From an uncultured delta proteobacterium (GTDB lineage Bacteria; Myxococcota_A; Polyangia; Fen-1088): a DNA stretch of 64,000 nucleotides. Below, one piece after another: positions 49,642-64,000 of the stretch. Every line of letters starts with the position of its first letter. Position 1 is the first letter of the stretch. The stretch spans positions 230,893 through 294,892 of the forward strand of contig CAVRSU010000013.1 of assembly GCA_963723955.1 (NCBI GenBank), read 5' to 3'. The notes beneath the pieces are model-generated. The model ran no database searches, was not told where the DNA came from, and was given only the letters and a program-made list of their open reading frames with translations. The translations under genes and the position numbers were made by a program.

Positions 49642-51333
49642 ATGGCCGATGTGCTCCGTCCGGCCGACCGCGATCGGGAGAATCCAATTTTCACGACGAA
49701 CGGATCGGCCCATCAACCCGCGGAGCCGCGGCGCTGGGCCTTGCCCCTTGTGATGCTCGTCTACCTGGCGGTCTACGGACGCGCGATGACCTTGGGCTTC
49801 GTGTGGGATGACAGCGTGAATTCCTCGCAAAGCGAGCTTCTTCTTGGGCCGCTGTCGCAAGTGATCCGCAAAGGGGAACACGCGCGCAGCGAGCCGGCCA
49901 CCGAGCGCATGCCCAAGGATTTGGTACCCAAGCACGAAAGCTATCGTCCCGTCAGCGTGACCAGCCATTGGATCGACGTGCATCTATTCGGCCCTCGGGC
50001 GTGGCCCGCGCACCTGCACAATCTCCTGCTTGGGCTCCTGTCCATCGTTCTCGTCAGCGCCGTGGGCCGCGCGCTCGGCCTCGGTCTGTGGTTGCCTTGT
50101 CTGTGGGCGCTTCATCCCCTGCACGTCGAGGTGTTCGCCTACATCTCCGCGCGCTCGGATCTTCTCGCGGCGACGTTTTCACTGCTCGCGCTGCTATCGG
50201 CTCTGCGCTCCACGCAGACAAACCAAGCTCGCGCGCGATGGCTTTGGGCCGCGTCGGCGGCTTTCTTCCAGATGGTTTCCCTTTTCGCCAAGGAATCCAA
50301 TATAGCCCTGCCCCTGGCGGTGCTGACCCTGGCACTTGCCGGGGGCAAACTGCGCGCGGCCGCGGCTTCGACCTCCGCGCTTTTCGCAGGCACCATGGTC
50401 TACTTCCCCCTGCGCAAGGCTCTCATGCAATCGGCCTCGTTGCCCATGGCGCAGAAACAGGCCATCCAGCACGCCTTCGTCGACTTGCCCGGCGTCGCGC
50501 TCGCCTACGCCACGAGCTTCGTTTCGCCGCTCTCCCTCTCGCCCGACCGCAAGCTGTGGCCGCCCTTCGTGCCCCTCGGCTGGATCGCCTTGGCCCTACT
50601 CGTGGTCGTATTCGCTCTTGCCATCCGCCGCGTTCGCGCCGGTAGCCGCACAGATCTCATGCTTGCCGCGGGGGCGCTGGCTGCAGCGGGAATGCTCCTA
50701 CTTCCCGCCGCGCTCGGATTTCGAAGTATCGGAGCGCTCTCGGATCGCTATGTCTTCTTTCCTCTTCTGTTTGTGGCCATCGCATTCGGGGTGGCCGCGC
50801 GCACGACGGTCAGGTTCCTATCCAACGTGCCGCGAACGATTTGGATCGCCCCGCTCGGCGCGTGGTGCGGAATCTTGCTGGCGGTCACCTGGCTGCAGAT
50901 AGGCGTCTGGAGAAGCGACGAAACCCTGGCCGAGCACGCGGTGGCCACCGAGCCCGACAACTCGGACGCACTCTATCGCCTGGCCACCGTGGCAACATCC
51001 AAGGGAGACTTCGTGCAAGCCCTGCCCTTGCTCGAACGCGCGGTTGCTCTCAACCCGACCCATCAGCGCGCCTTGAGCAACCTATCCGTTGTCTATCTCA
51101 ACCTGAATCGGGTGACCGATGCGAAACTCATCTTGCGGCGCCTCCTTCCGTTGGCCGGGGCAACCGATCGGCGCTTTTGGTACAACGTCGCATCCGTGCA
51201 AGCGGCGGACGGCAAGGTCGACAAAGCGTGCTCTGCGCTAGCGCGCGCCCTCGAGATTGACCCGGGATACGTTCTAGCGCTGACCCTCCGCGATCGAATT
51301 TGCATCCCCGCTGAGGCGCATTCCGACAAGTAA
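49642..51333 (+). CDS. TPR-repeat integral membrane protein (TMTC/DUF1736-like putative GT-C transferase)
   Basis: ATG 49642; N-terminal loop GFVWDDSV; about 10 TM helices; C-terminal TPR repeats (...LNPTHQRALSNLSVVYLNL...). Confidence 0.7.
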   Translation: MADVLRPADRDRENPIFTTNGSAHQPAEPRRWALPLVMLVYLAVYGRAMTLGFVWDDSVNSSQSELLLGPLSQVIRKGEHARSEPATERMPKDLVPKHESYRPVSVTSHWIDVHLFGPRAWPAHLHNLLLGLLSIVLVSAVGRALGLGLWLPCLWALHPLHVEVFAYISARSDLLAATFSLLALLSALRSTQTNQARARWLWAASAAFFQMVSLFAKESNIALPLAVLTLALAGGKLRAAAASTSALFAGTMVYFPLRKALMQSASLPMAQKQAIQHAFVDLPGVALAYATSFVSPLSLSPDRKLWPPFVPLGWIALALLVVVFALAIRRVRAGSRTDLMLAAGALAAAGMLLLPAALGFRSIGALSDRYVFFPLLFVAIAFGVAARTTVRFLSNVPRTIWIAPLGAWCGILLAVTWLQIGVWRSDETLAEHAVATEPDNSDALYRLATVATSKGDFVQALPLLERAVALNPTHQRALSNLSVVYLNLNRVTDAKLILRRLLPLAGATDRRFWYNVASVQAADGKVDKACSALARALEIDPGYVLALTLRDRICIPAEAHSDK

Positions 51334-51434
51334 CACTGGCGCAACAGAAGGGCGCAGAACGCATCCCGCCGGCTCGCCGCTTCCCCCCTGAAAGAGTAGG
51401 GATCTAAAAGAGACTAATTCACTCCTATTTTGAT

Positions 51435-51463
51435 TGACCGTCGCCCAGGCTGGCTCGTATCTT
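51435..51463 (+). promoter_or_regulatory. possible sigma-70-type promoter (TTGACC-N17-GTATCT) in an AT-rich patch upstream of the activase gene
   Basis: the only AT-rich stretch in a long GC-rich region, 50-80 nt upstream of ATG 51513. Confidence 0.25.
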
Positions 51464-51512
51464 CACTGTCGCTCTCGTGCTGCGAGCATGAGAGTGAAGT
51501 GGGAGGCAGCCC

Positions 51513-55188
<3,676 letters not shown>

Positions 55189-55206
55189 TCGGGAAGGAGC
55201 TAGGTC

Positions 55207-57069
<1,863 letters not shown>

Positions 57070-59207
57070 AGCCGAGAAGCCCGCGCCGGTTCGCTCGGCG
57101 AAGCTGTCCGTCGTGCCAGCCGCGCACGTTGAAACGCCCGCACCCGTCGTGCAGGCGAAGGCCCCTGTCGTCGACAAGAAGCCCGCGGTCATCAAGACCC
57201 CGGCCCTTCCGACCAGCGAGCCGTCGACCGATCCCGCCAGCGCGCTCAGCGTGGCGCGCGGGGTGGGCAGCGCGGCCAAGGACTTTCACTGGCTGAAGGA
57301 GAACATTCCCTGCCAGTCGGCCTGCCCGGCCCACACCGACATCCCGGCCTACCTCAAGGCCATCGCCGACGGCCGCTACGACGAGGCCTACGAGATCAAC
57401 CTGCGCGACAACGTCTTCCCCGGCGTCATGGGGCGCGTGTGCTCGCGTCCGTGCGAAGCAGCCTGCCGTCATGGCTGGGAAGGCCTGGGCGAGCCGGTGG
57501 CCATCTGCTGGAGCAAGCGCTCCTCGGCCGATCACCGCGCGGGCAAACCCATGGTGTTGCCTCCGCTCGCGCCTCCGACAGGAAAACGGGTCGTCGTGGT
57601 GGGGGGCGGTCCCGCTGGACTGGCTGCCGCGCGCAACCTGGCCCTGCTCGGGCACAGCGTGGTCGTGCTGGAACAGCACGAGCGGGCTGGCGGCATGATG
57701 GTGCAAGACATTCCCGAATTCCGCCTGCCGCGCGAAGTGGTGGAGCTGGAGATCGAGCAGATTCGCCTGACCGGCGTCGAGATCCGCTGCGGCGTAGCCC
57801 TGGGCCGCGACGTGACCCTGGCGCAACTTGAGGCCGAGTACGACGCCGTCATCCTGGCGGCCGGTACTTTCCGTCCCAACAACTTGGACCTGCCGGGAAA
57901 GGAATTGCGCGGCATCGAGCACGGCATGGATTTCCTGCTCAAGGTTGGCCAGGGGCAGGAGGTCGCCCTCGGCCCGAACGTGCTGGTGATCGGCGGCGGC
58001 TTCACCGCCATGGACTGCGCGCGCACGGCGGCCCGACTGGGCGCGAGCACGGTTCAGCTTGGCGAGGCCCCCGGCGGACGCGGACAGATCCCTGCGCTCA
58101 AGCTCGGCGCCGAAGCCGTGCGCGTGCTCTACCGCCGCTCCAAGGAGGAGATGCTCATCACCCCCGGCGAGGTCGAAGACCTGCAACACGAGGGCATGGA
58201 TCTCGAAATCATGGTGGCGCCCGTAGCCTATCTTGCTGGCGACAATGGTGAGGTACGCGGTATGCGCTTCGTGCGCACCCAGATGGGCGAGACAGACGCG
58301 TCGGGCCGCCGCCGTCCCGAGCCCATCCCAGGCAGCGAGTTCGAGCTGCCAGCCAGCACGGTGCTTCTGGCAACCGGGCAGTTCCCCGACGGCACCATCG
58401 TGGGCGAGAGCGGCAAGGGCCTGGTCAGCGCAGACGGCTGGTTGGCCACGGGCTCGGCCCATCGGACGAATCGCCCAAAGATCTTCGCGGCCGGCGATTT
58501 CGCCACCGGCGCGCGCACGCTGATCGATGCCATCGCCCACGCCAAGGAGTGCGCCTTGGTGGTCGACGAAGCCTTGGTGGGCAAGCGCCGCATGAACGAG
58601 GTCGCCATCGTCGAGGACACCAAGGCGACCGCACGCACGCGCGAGATGGATGCGGTTCCCCGGCGCAAGATGCGGCTCCTACCGGTGCTCGACCGTACCC
58701 TGCGCGCCGAGGTCGAACAGGGTTTCGACAAAGAGCGCGCAAGCGAGGAAACCACGCGCTGCTATCTCTGCCACCACAAGATGGAAATCGACGAGTCGCT
58801 GTGCACGAAGTGCGACCTGTGTCTGAATGTGAAGCCGCGCGCGGATTGCATTATCAAGGTCAGCGCCTTCACCTACGACCAGGCCGGCAAGATCTCCGGC
58901 TTCCAGCGCGCCACCGACGAGGACAAGAATCCGCGCATCTGGATCAACCAAGCCGACTGCATCCGCTGCGGCGCCTGCATCGACGTCTGCCCCGACGACG
59001 CCATCAGCCTGCAGAAGGTCAGCCTGCGCACCGTGATGACCGCGAAAGCCTGACCGACCATTCGCAACGCGCAGTCCCCTCCTGGGCGAGCCCGACGCCG
59101 ACGCGCTGGCGGATGCCTTCCCCATCCGAATTCGGACCAGCTCTTCCGAGTGAGTTCGGGGATGTCCCGAGCGAGGCGTCCTCGACTAGTGACTGTAGCT
59201 CCGCGAG

Positions 59208-60425
59208 CTACTTGGGGCAGAGCCTCATCACCGTACCGGAGCACTCGGTGAGGGCGCCGCTGCTGTCGTACGTGCCCCGGCTGCTCCAGTAAACGCTTGT
59301 GGCGTCCGCGGCGATGGCAGCCGTGTCGGACTGACCCGAGGCGAGCGTGACGATGGGGCCGCCAGCCAAAGGCACCTTCAGCACCGAGCCTTCGCTGCCG
59401 GTGGCCCAATAGACGCTGGCGGCGTCCACGGCGATGTCCCAGGCCGGATGGCCGGAGGCGAGCGTGGTGATGATGCCGCCTCCGAGCGGCACCTTCATCA
59501 CGGTGCTGCCATTGCCGGTGGTCCAGTAGACAGCCGTAGCGTCCACGGCAATGCCGTAGGGCTCAGGCGCGCCGGATGCCAGCGCGACGGCGGCGCCGCC
59601 TCCGAGCGGCACCTTCATCACCGAGCCGATGTCGTACGACGCGGTCCCGGCGGTCCAGTAAACGCTGCTCGCATCCACCGCGATGCCGTGTGGGAAGGTC
59701 TGTCCGGAAGCCAGCGCAATCGGCGAGCTCCCGCCGAGCGGCAGTTTCATCACGGTGCCGTCTGTGTATCCGTCCCAGTCGCTCGTGCAGCCATTGGTCC
59801 AGTAGACGCTGGTCGCGTCCACGGCTATGGCCAATGGCGAGCCCTGGGCCGAGGCGAGCGCAGTGGGCGTGCCGCCAGCGAGAGGAACGCTCATGACCGC
59901 GCCGTCCGCGCCCTTGTACGATCCCTGGTTGACCCAATAGACGCTGGTGCCGTCCACGGCGATGCCGGCGGGACCGGACTGTCCCGAGGCGAGCTTGGTC
60001 GCGGCGCCACCGCCGAGCAGCGTCTTCATCACCGTGCCGTCGTTGTAGTTGGTCCAATACACGCTGGTGGCGTCGAGGGTGATGTAGCTCGGGTTCGACT
60101 GTCCGGAGGCAAGCGCAACCATGACAGGTGGGCCGGAGGCGCCTCCCGTGCCCACGCTGCCGTCCGCTTCGATCAGAGTCGTGACGACAGTTGTTCCTCC
60201 GCTGCCGCCGAGCCCGGCCACCCCGCCTGCGGCCGAAACGCCCCCGCTACCCAGGGTTCCGCCCGAGCCCGACGTTTCCACCGCCATGGGACCGGAGCAG
60301 CCCGAGGCGACCAGCACCCCGCCTGAGCAAAGAGCAACGAGGCAGCCAGTCCGTAAGGCTGGGAGCAACGACCTTCGCGTCGCCGAACCAACCGTTTCCA
60401 CACAAGCGAAGCTCCTGGTGACCAT
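59208..60425 (-). CDS. beta-propeller repeat lipoprotein (about 7 x (G/D)IAVDATSVYWT...GTVMKVPLGGG blades)
   Basis: ORF 59208..60533; lipoprotein signal after ATG 60425 (alternative ATG 60533 lies 1 nt after the upstream stop); internal repeats visible at DNA level. Confidence 0.6.
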   Translation of the reverse strand: MVTRSFACVETVGSATRRSLLPALRTGCLVALCSGGVLVASGCSGPMAVETSGSGGTLGSGGVSAAGGVAGLGGSGGTTVVTTLIEADGSVGTGGASGPPVMVALASGQSNPSYITLDATSVYWTNYNDGTVMKTLLGGGAATKLASGQSGPAGIAVDGTSVYWVNQGSYKGADGAVMSVPLAGGTPTALASAQGSPLAIAVDATSVYWTNGCTSDWDGYTDGTVMKLPLGGSSPIALASGQTFPHGIAVDASSVYWTAGTASYDIGSVMKVPLGGGAAVALASGAPEPYGIAVDATAVYWTTGNGSTVMKVPLGGGIITTLASGHPAWDIAVDAASVYWATGSEGSVLKVPLAGGPIVTLASGQSDTAAIAADATSVYWSSRGTYDSSGALTECSGTVMRLCPK

Positions 60426-60534
60426 GAGCGATATGATACCCCGACTCCGCGGCAGTGAACCCAAAACGCCCTTCGGAGCTGTGATCGATGCCCCAGAAGT
60501 GCCGTGGGCGCCCAAGGAAGGCGTGACCGGCATC

Positions 60535-63500
60535 TCAGAGCCGGCGATCAGTACCTTCCGGCGGCGGCGGGCTGATTGGCTTGGCGAGCGGGCGCCACAG
60601 CCCGTGTCCTTTGAGGCAAGTCCACACCCATGATGCCCAGCGAATGGACGAAAGACCGAGCCACAGCGTCCAGCCTACGACGAACAGGCGGTACACCCAG
60701 ATCGGCAGGGAGAGCACAGTCGGCTGCGCAAGCGCCTGATCCGCCCGGTCTTGGTACCAAAGGAGCTGTCCCGCCGCGGAGTTGTTGCCCGAGATCATCA
60801 TGTCGGGAATGCGCCACAGCCCGAAATCGACGGCGTTCGCCACGACAACAAGGGACGCGACGAGGAGAATCCCCAGTGCGACTTGTCCGACGCTGTAGAG
60901 CATCTGCCGCGCCTCGTTTGGCACGCGGCGTGCGCGCCAGCCCAAAGCCAACAGGCAAATCGGAACGACCAGCATCGCCATCGAGTCGCTTTGCACGAGC
61001 CCGAGCCCGAGGAGCAGCCAATGGTGCGCCAGCAACGGCGTGAGCCTGGTTCGGGCGAGCGCGATGGCAGCGAGCAAGAGGACGATCGCCAGAGCCCAGA
61101 AGCCCACCACAGGACCCAGCGACGGACCAGCCAGCCAAAGTATCCAGCGCGGCTTCTCGAAGTGCTTGATGTTGACGTTGCTGTTGGTCGAAGGCATGCG
61201 CACATCCACGGCGGGCACGCGAAAGATTGTCGACAGGCCGAGCGGCTGGCGCCAGTTGATACTGAAGGTGTGTGTGCCGGGAAGGACGTCGAGGACGAGC
61301 TCTTGATGATCGCGCCGGACGACCTGGGTGACGTTGTCGCGCAGAACGACGGGATCTTCGGCTCCGGGCGGGAGCGCGATGGCGTGCGTGGTGCTTCGGC
61401 TCGATCGCAGCTCAAGCGCCAAGGTCATCTGCGTGCTGTGCGAACCAGGTTCGACGTCGAGCGTGCTCGCGTCGATGGTCAACGTCTGTCCGGCGGCGCC
61501 GCCCGGCTTCTCCACGGAGATGTGGACTTCTTCACCCGGCCACGGCCGCCACTCGGGGACGCGCGTGGAAGCGCTCGGTTCGCGTCGGATGGGAGGAATC
61601 CCAGCAAAGGTTGCGTGCCAGATGGGACCGACCTCGGCTCGCCAGACCTCGGACCAGTGCGACGCCGAAGCCGGGTCCAGGCGCAGGCGAATGGTGGACG
61701 ATTCGGCAAGCGTCGATTGCCAGTCGACTTCGCTGTCCCCTGGGCCCAAGTTCAGGCTGACCGTGCCGCGGGATTTTTCGCTGCGGATGTTCGCAGTGGT
61801 CACCGATTCGCCATGCAGCAGAGGAATCTCGATGACCACGGGCGTGCCAGCGGCTGTCTCGCGGGTGACCTTGGTGTGGACTTCCCATTTGAGCCCCAAT
61901 TCCAGAGTTCGTTCCACGCGCAGGTACGGCGGCAGAGTGGGAGCTGCCTCCGACGACAGATCGCTCTTGCCGTCATCCGAGCCCGTCTCGGTGCTCGCGA
62001 TGCGCGCAAGCACGATGCTCTCGTCCACCGCGCCGTCCTCGTGAATGCCGCTGAGCAGGAAACCGCGTGACTTGAAGGTTGCTTGGCGCGGGCGCACGGG
62101 CAGGGGGATCTGAATGCTGTCACGACTGGGAAGCGGCCCCGAGAGTTGGACGGTGAAGATACCGGTGCCGAGAGCCAACCAAAGTTGGCCGGTCGAGCTG
62201 CGTTCAAGCATCGTCGCAGCCTTGCCGTCGACGCGCACCTCGGTGGGCGACCAGGAGGCGTTATCGCCGGGCAGCGCCACCGCTGTTGCCATGGCGGTAG
62301 ACACCTTCAGCGTGAACTTCAGCAGCGTCGGCGAAACCTCCACGTCCATCTCGTTCATCGCCGCGCAGTTGGGTGCGCAGTCGGGCTTTTCGAGCAGGCG
62401 CTGCTTGAGCCCGTCGAGCATCTCCTGCGGCGGAAACTCAACAGCCCGGGCGGAAAGCGGAACGAATAGGGCGAGCGTGAGCAAACCCGCGAAGAACGGC
62501 TTGGTCGCGATGAGGGCGCCGCGCAGGCGCAGCGGTCGGCGCACGATTAGCCACGCCAGCCAAACCAACAGTGCGACCTTGGCGAAGGCTAGCATTCGCC
62601 CGAGCCACGGCGGCAGAAGGTATAGCTGCAGACGGCGATCGCTCTTGACCGGTCCGTTGAAGGCAAACGTCGCGCTCCTCCACGTTTGCCTGGGCAAGCC
62701 TTCGCCGGTTTGTACGACGATGGATGGATCGTATTCGGAAGCGTTCAAGGTAGGGTTGGTGCCTAGTGGACCAAGAATCCCAGCGCTGGCGACGCCTGCA
62801 CGCGCCAGGTCCGGGCCGCCAGACGGTGCCTTGATCGCAAGTCTTGCAAGCTTCCCCTGTTCGCTCCTGTGTCTCTTTTCTGCCGCTTTGCCATATCCGC
62901 CCTTGAGGCCAGCCACCGACTGCTCGTCGAGATCTATCGCCGCCGAATCCTGTCTTCCGAGCAAGGCACTCGCGGGCTCGGGCGCACCCGACGTGGGGCT
63001 TGCGCCGCGTGCACTTTCGCTTGTCGCTTGCGCCAAGAGAGTGATGAAACGCGATGGCTCAAGCCGATCCATGGCACTCGCCGGATGAAGCGCGAAGCGC
63101 GCCTCTCTGATGGCAAAGGGGATTGTTGTTAGCACAAGTATCGCCCACACGGCCAGGCGAACCACGCGCGCGGCCACGAGCCCAGGACCGGGTTTGAGCG
63201 CGCGCATCAGCACTTCACCGACGATCGCCGCCAGCCAAATCGCGGCCGGCGCCTCGGGATCGATCAACGTGATGCCAAATGCCCCCAGCGCAAGCAGCCC
63301 GACTCGCAAGCCGTAGAGGCGCGCCAGCCCGAGCACCAACACGAGCAACAACAGGATCGATCCCAAGGTCCAGCGCTCGACCCACGAGCCTGAAACTTGA
63401 TCGGCTCCGGACGCGTGCAGAAGATCCCAACCCACCGGCAGGTTCAGCGTTGCCGAGAGTTTGTCGAAATCGTGCACGAAGCTCGTTGCTGGCAAGGAGC

Positions 63501-64000
63501 CAGCTCGGTTCGCGATCCGGCTGTCCGCATCGACGGTCGCCCGACCGCTGCGGATTTCGGCCCCGGCGCGACCAGCGGATCCGAGGCGAGTCAGGAATTG
63601 GTTCTTCGAATCAACGGCCAACCGGCCAAGCCGCGTTTCCTCGTCTACTTCCAGTCTCCACGCGCGCGTGAATTCGCCCGCCACGATGTCGTGAACGCTG
63701 AACGCGCCGCCATCCGCATCGAGCCACAGGGTCCGGTCGAGGCGAAGTCGCTCTGGCGCAGGCTCGGCGTCCCCGCGCCTTTGCTCGACTAGGGTCAGGG
63801 TCGCTCCCGGCGCCATCGCGTAGGCGGGAAAGCTCTTCCACTCGTTCGGCATCAAGGTCTGCGCTGGATCGATCGTCGGCACGCCCTCCACGCTTGCCGT
63901 GCGCAGGTCGGGCATCTGTTCGAACACCCAAGCCTCGTCGCCCTCTTTCCACAGGCCGCTCGGAACCGGTCGTGTGATGGATTTATCGAAGGTCACCCTG
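60535..64000 (-). CDS. very large (more than 1150 aa) multi-pass membrane protein; partial, N-terminus beyond window end
   Basis: ORF 60535..63996 continues past the window; several TM clusters separated by large soluble domains; no recognisable catalytic motif. Confidence 0.55.
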   Translation of the reverse strand, partial: RVTFDKSITRPVPSGLWKEGDEAWVFEQMPDLRTASVEGVPTIDPAQTLMPNEWKSFPAYAMAPGATLTLVEQRRGDAEPAPERLRLDRTLWLDADGGAFSVHDIVAGEFTRAWRLEVDEETRLGRLAVDSKNQFLTRLGSAGRAGAEIRSGRATVDADSRIANRAGSLPATSFVHDFDKLSATLNLPVGWDLLHASGADQVSGSWVERWTLGSILLLLVLVLGLARLYGLRVGLLALGAFGITLIDPEAPAAIWLAAIVGEVLMRALKPGPGLVAARVVRLAVWAILVLTTIPFAIREARFALHPASAMDRLEPSRFITLLAQATSESARGASPTSGAPEPASALLGRQDSAAIDLDEQSVAGLKGGYGKAAEKRHRSEQGKLARLAIKAPSGGPDLARAGVASAGILGPLGTNPTLNASEYDPSIVVQTGEGLPRQTWRSATFAFNGPVKSDRRLQLYLLPPWLGRMLAFAKVALLVWLAWLIVRRPLRLRGALIATKPFFAGLLTLALFVPLSARAVEFPPQEMLDGLKQRLLEKPDCAPNCAAMNEMDVEVSPTLLKFTLKVSTAMATAVALPGDNASWSPTEVRVDGKAATMLERSSTGQLWLALGTGIFTVQLSGPLPSRDSIQIPLPVRPRQATFKSRGFLLSGIHEDGAVDESIVLARIASTETGSDDGKSDLSSEAAPTLPPYLRVERTLELGLKWEVHTKVTRETAAGTPVVIEIPLLHGESVTTANIRSEKSRGTVSLNLGPGDSEVDWQSTLAESSTIRLRLDPASASHWSEVWRAEVGPIWHATFAGIPPIRREPSASTRVPEWRPWPGEEVHISVEKPGGAAGQTLTIDASTLDVEPGSHSTQMTLALELRSSRSTTHAIALPPGAEDPVVLRDNVTQVVRRDHQELVLDVLPGTHTFSINWRQPLGLSTIFRVPAVDVRMPSTNSNVNIKHFEKPRWILWLAGPSLGPVVGFWALAIVLLLAAIALARTRLTPLLAHHWLLLGLGLVQSDSMAMLVVPICLLALGWRARRVPNEARQMLYSVGQVALGILLVASLVVVANAVDFGLWRIPDMMISGNNSAAGQLLWYQDRADQALAQPTVLSLPIWVYRLFVVGWTLWLGLSSIRWASWVWTCLKGHGLWRPLAKPISPPPPEGTDRRL

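Noticed and set aside
59563-60057. ORFs antisense to the beta-propeller gene, and the internal DNA repeats there, as a possible repeat element
   Set aside because: The repeats are explained by the seven protein blades. The antisense ORFs lack coding bias.

Overview
This is a high-GC (about 68-70%) bacterial chromosomal segment with frequent GTG/TTG starts. Gene content (many lipoproteins and outer-membrane beta-barrels, an NtrC/sigma-54 regulator, GT-C glycosyltransferases) is most consistent with a myxobacterium-like deltaproteobacterium. I can support about 55 genes, taken here in order along the window.

- Start of window: a partial beta-helix lipoprotein and a GH18 lipoprotein.
- A PhoH-PIN ATPase, then a xylose-utilisation locus (MFS sugar porter, xylB, xylA).
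- A YoeB/YefM toxin-antitoxin pair inside a short cassette flanked by ~50-bp direct repeats.
- A GH3 beta-glucosidase plus porin operon.
- Two divergent GT-C-type membrane proteins.
- A regulatory module: sensor kinase with a CXXCH (c-type haem) periplasmic domain, a sigma-54-dependent NtrC-type regulator, and two divergently transcribed GcvH-like paralogues each preceded by a -24/-12 (sigma-54) promoter match. A FlhG/MinD-like ATPase sits next to it.
- A VWA lipoprotein.
- A complete thiS-thiE-thiG-thiH-thiF operon preceded by a clear TPP riboswitch.
- An SPFH-SHOCT protein, then hflK-hflC followed by a J-domain membrane protein.
- A VapC (PIN) remnant, repeat lipoproteins, transaldolase, RibD-C/flavin reductases, a porin, an MHS transporter and an RRM protein.
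- A cluster of B12-radical-SAM, GT2 (Dpm1-like), SAM-methyltransferase and a TPR/TMTC-like GT-C protein.
- A large 2-hydroxyacyl-CoA-dehydratase-type cluster: double-ATPase activase fused to an HgdB-like domain, an HgdA-like subunit, and a GltD-like FAD/Fe-S oxidoreductase.
- End of window: a beta-propeller lipoprotein translationally coupled to a very large membrane protein that runs off the window end.

I found no rRNA, tRNA, CRISPR array, transposase or integrase.

At least ten apparent +1 frameshifts split otherwise well-conserved genes (xylB x2, xylA, GH3 x3, porin, activase x4, and possibly the HgdA/GltD junction). At least one sits at a homopolymer run, so sequencing or assembly error is as likely as genuine pseudogenisation.
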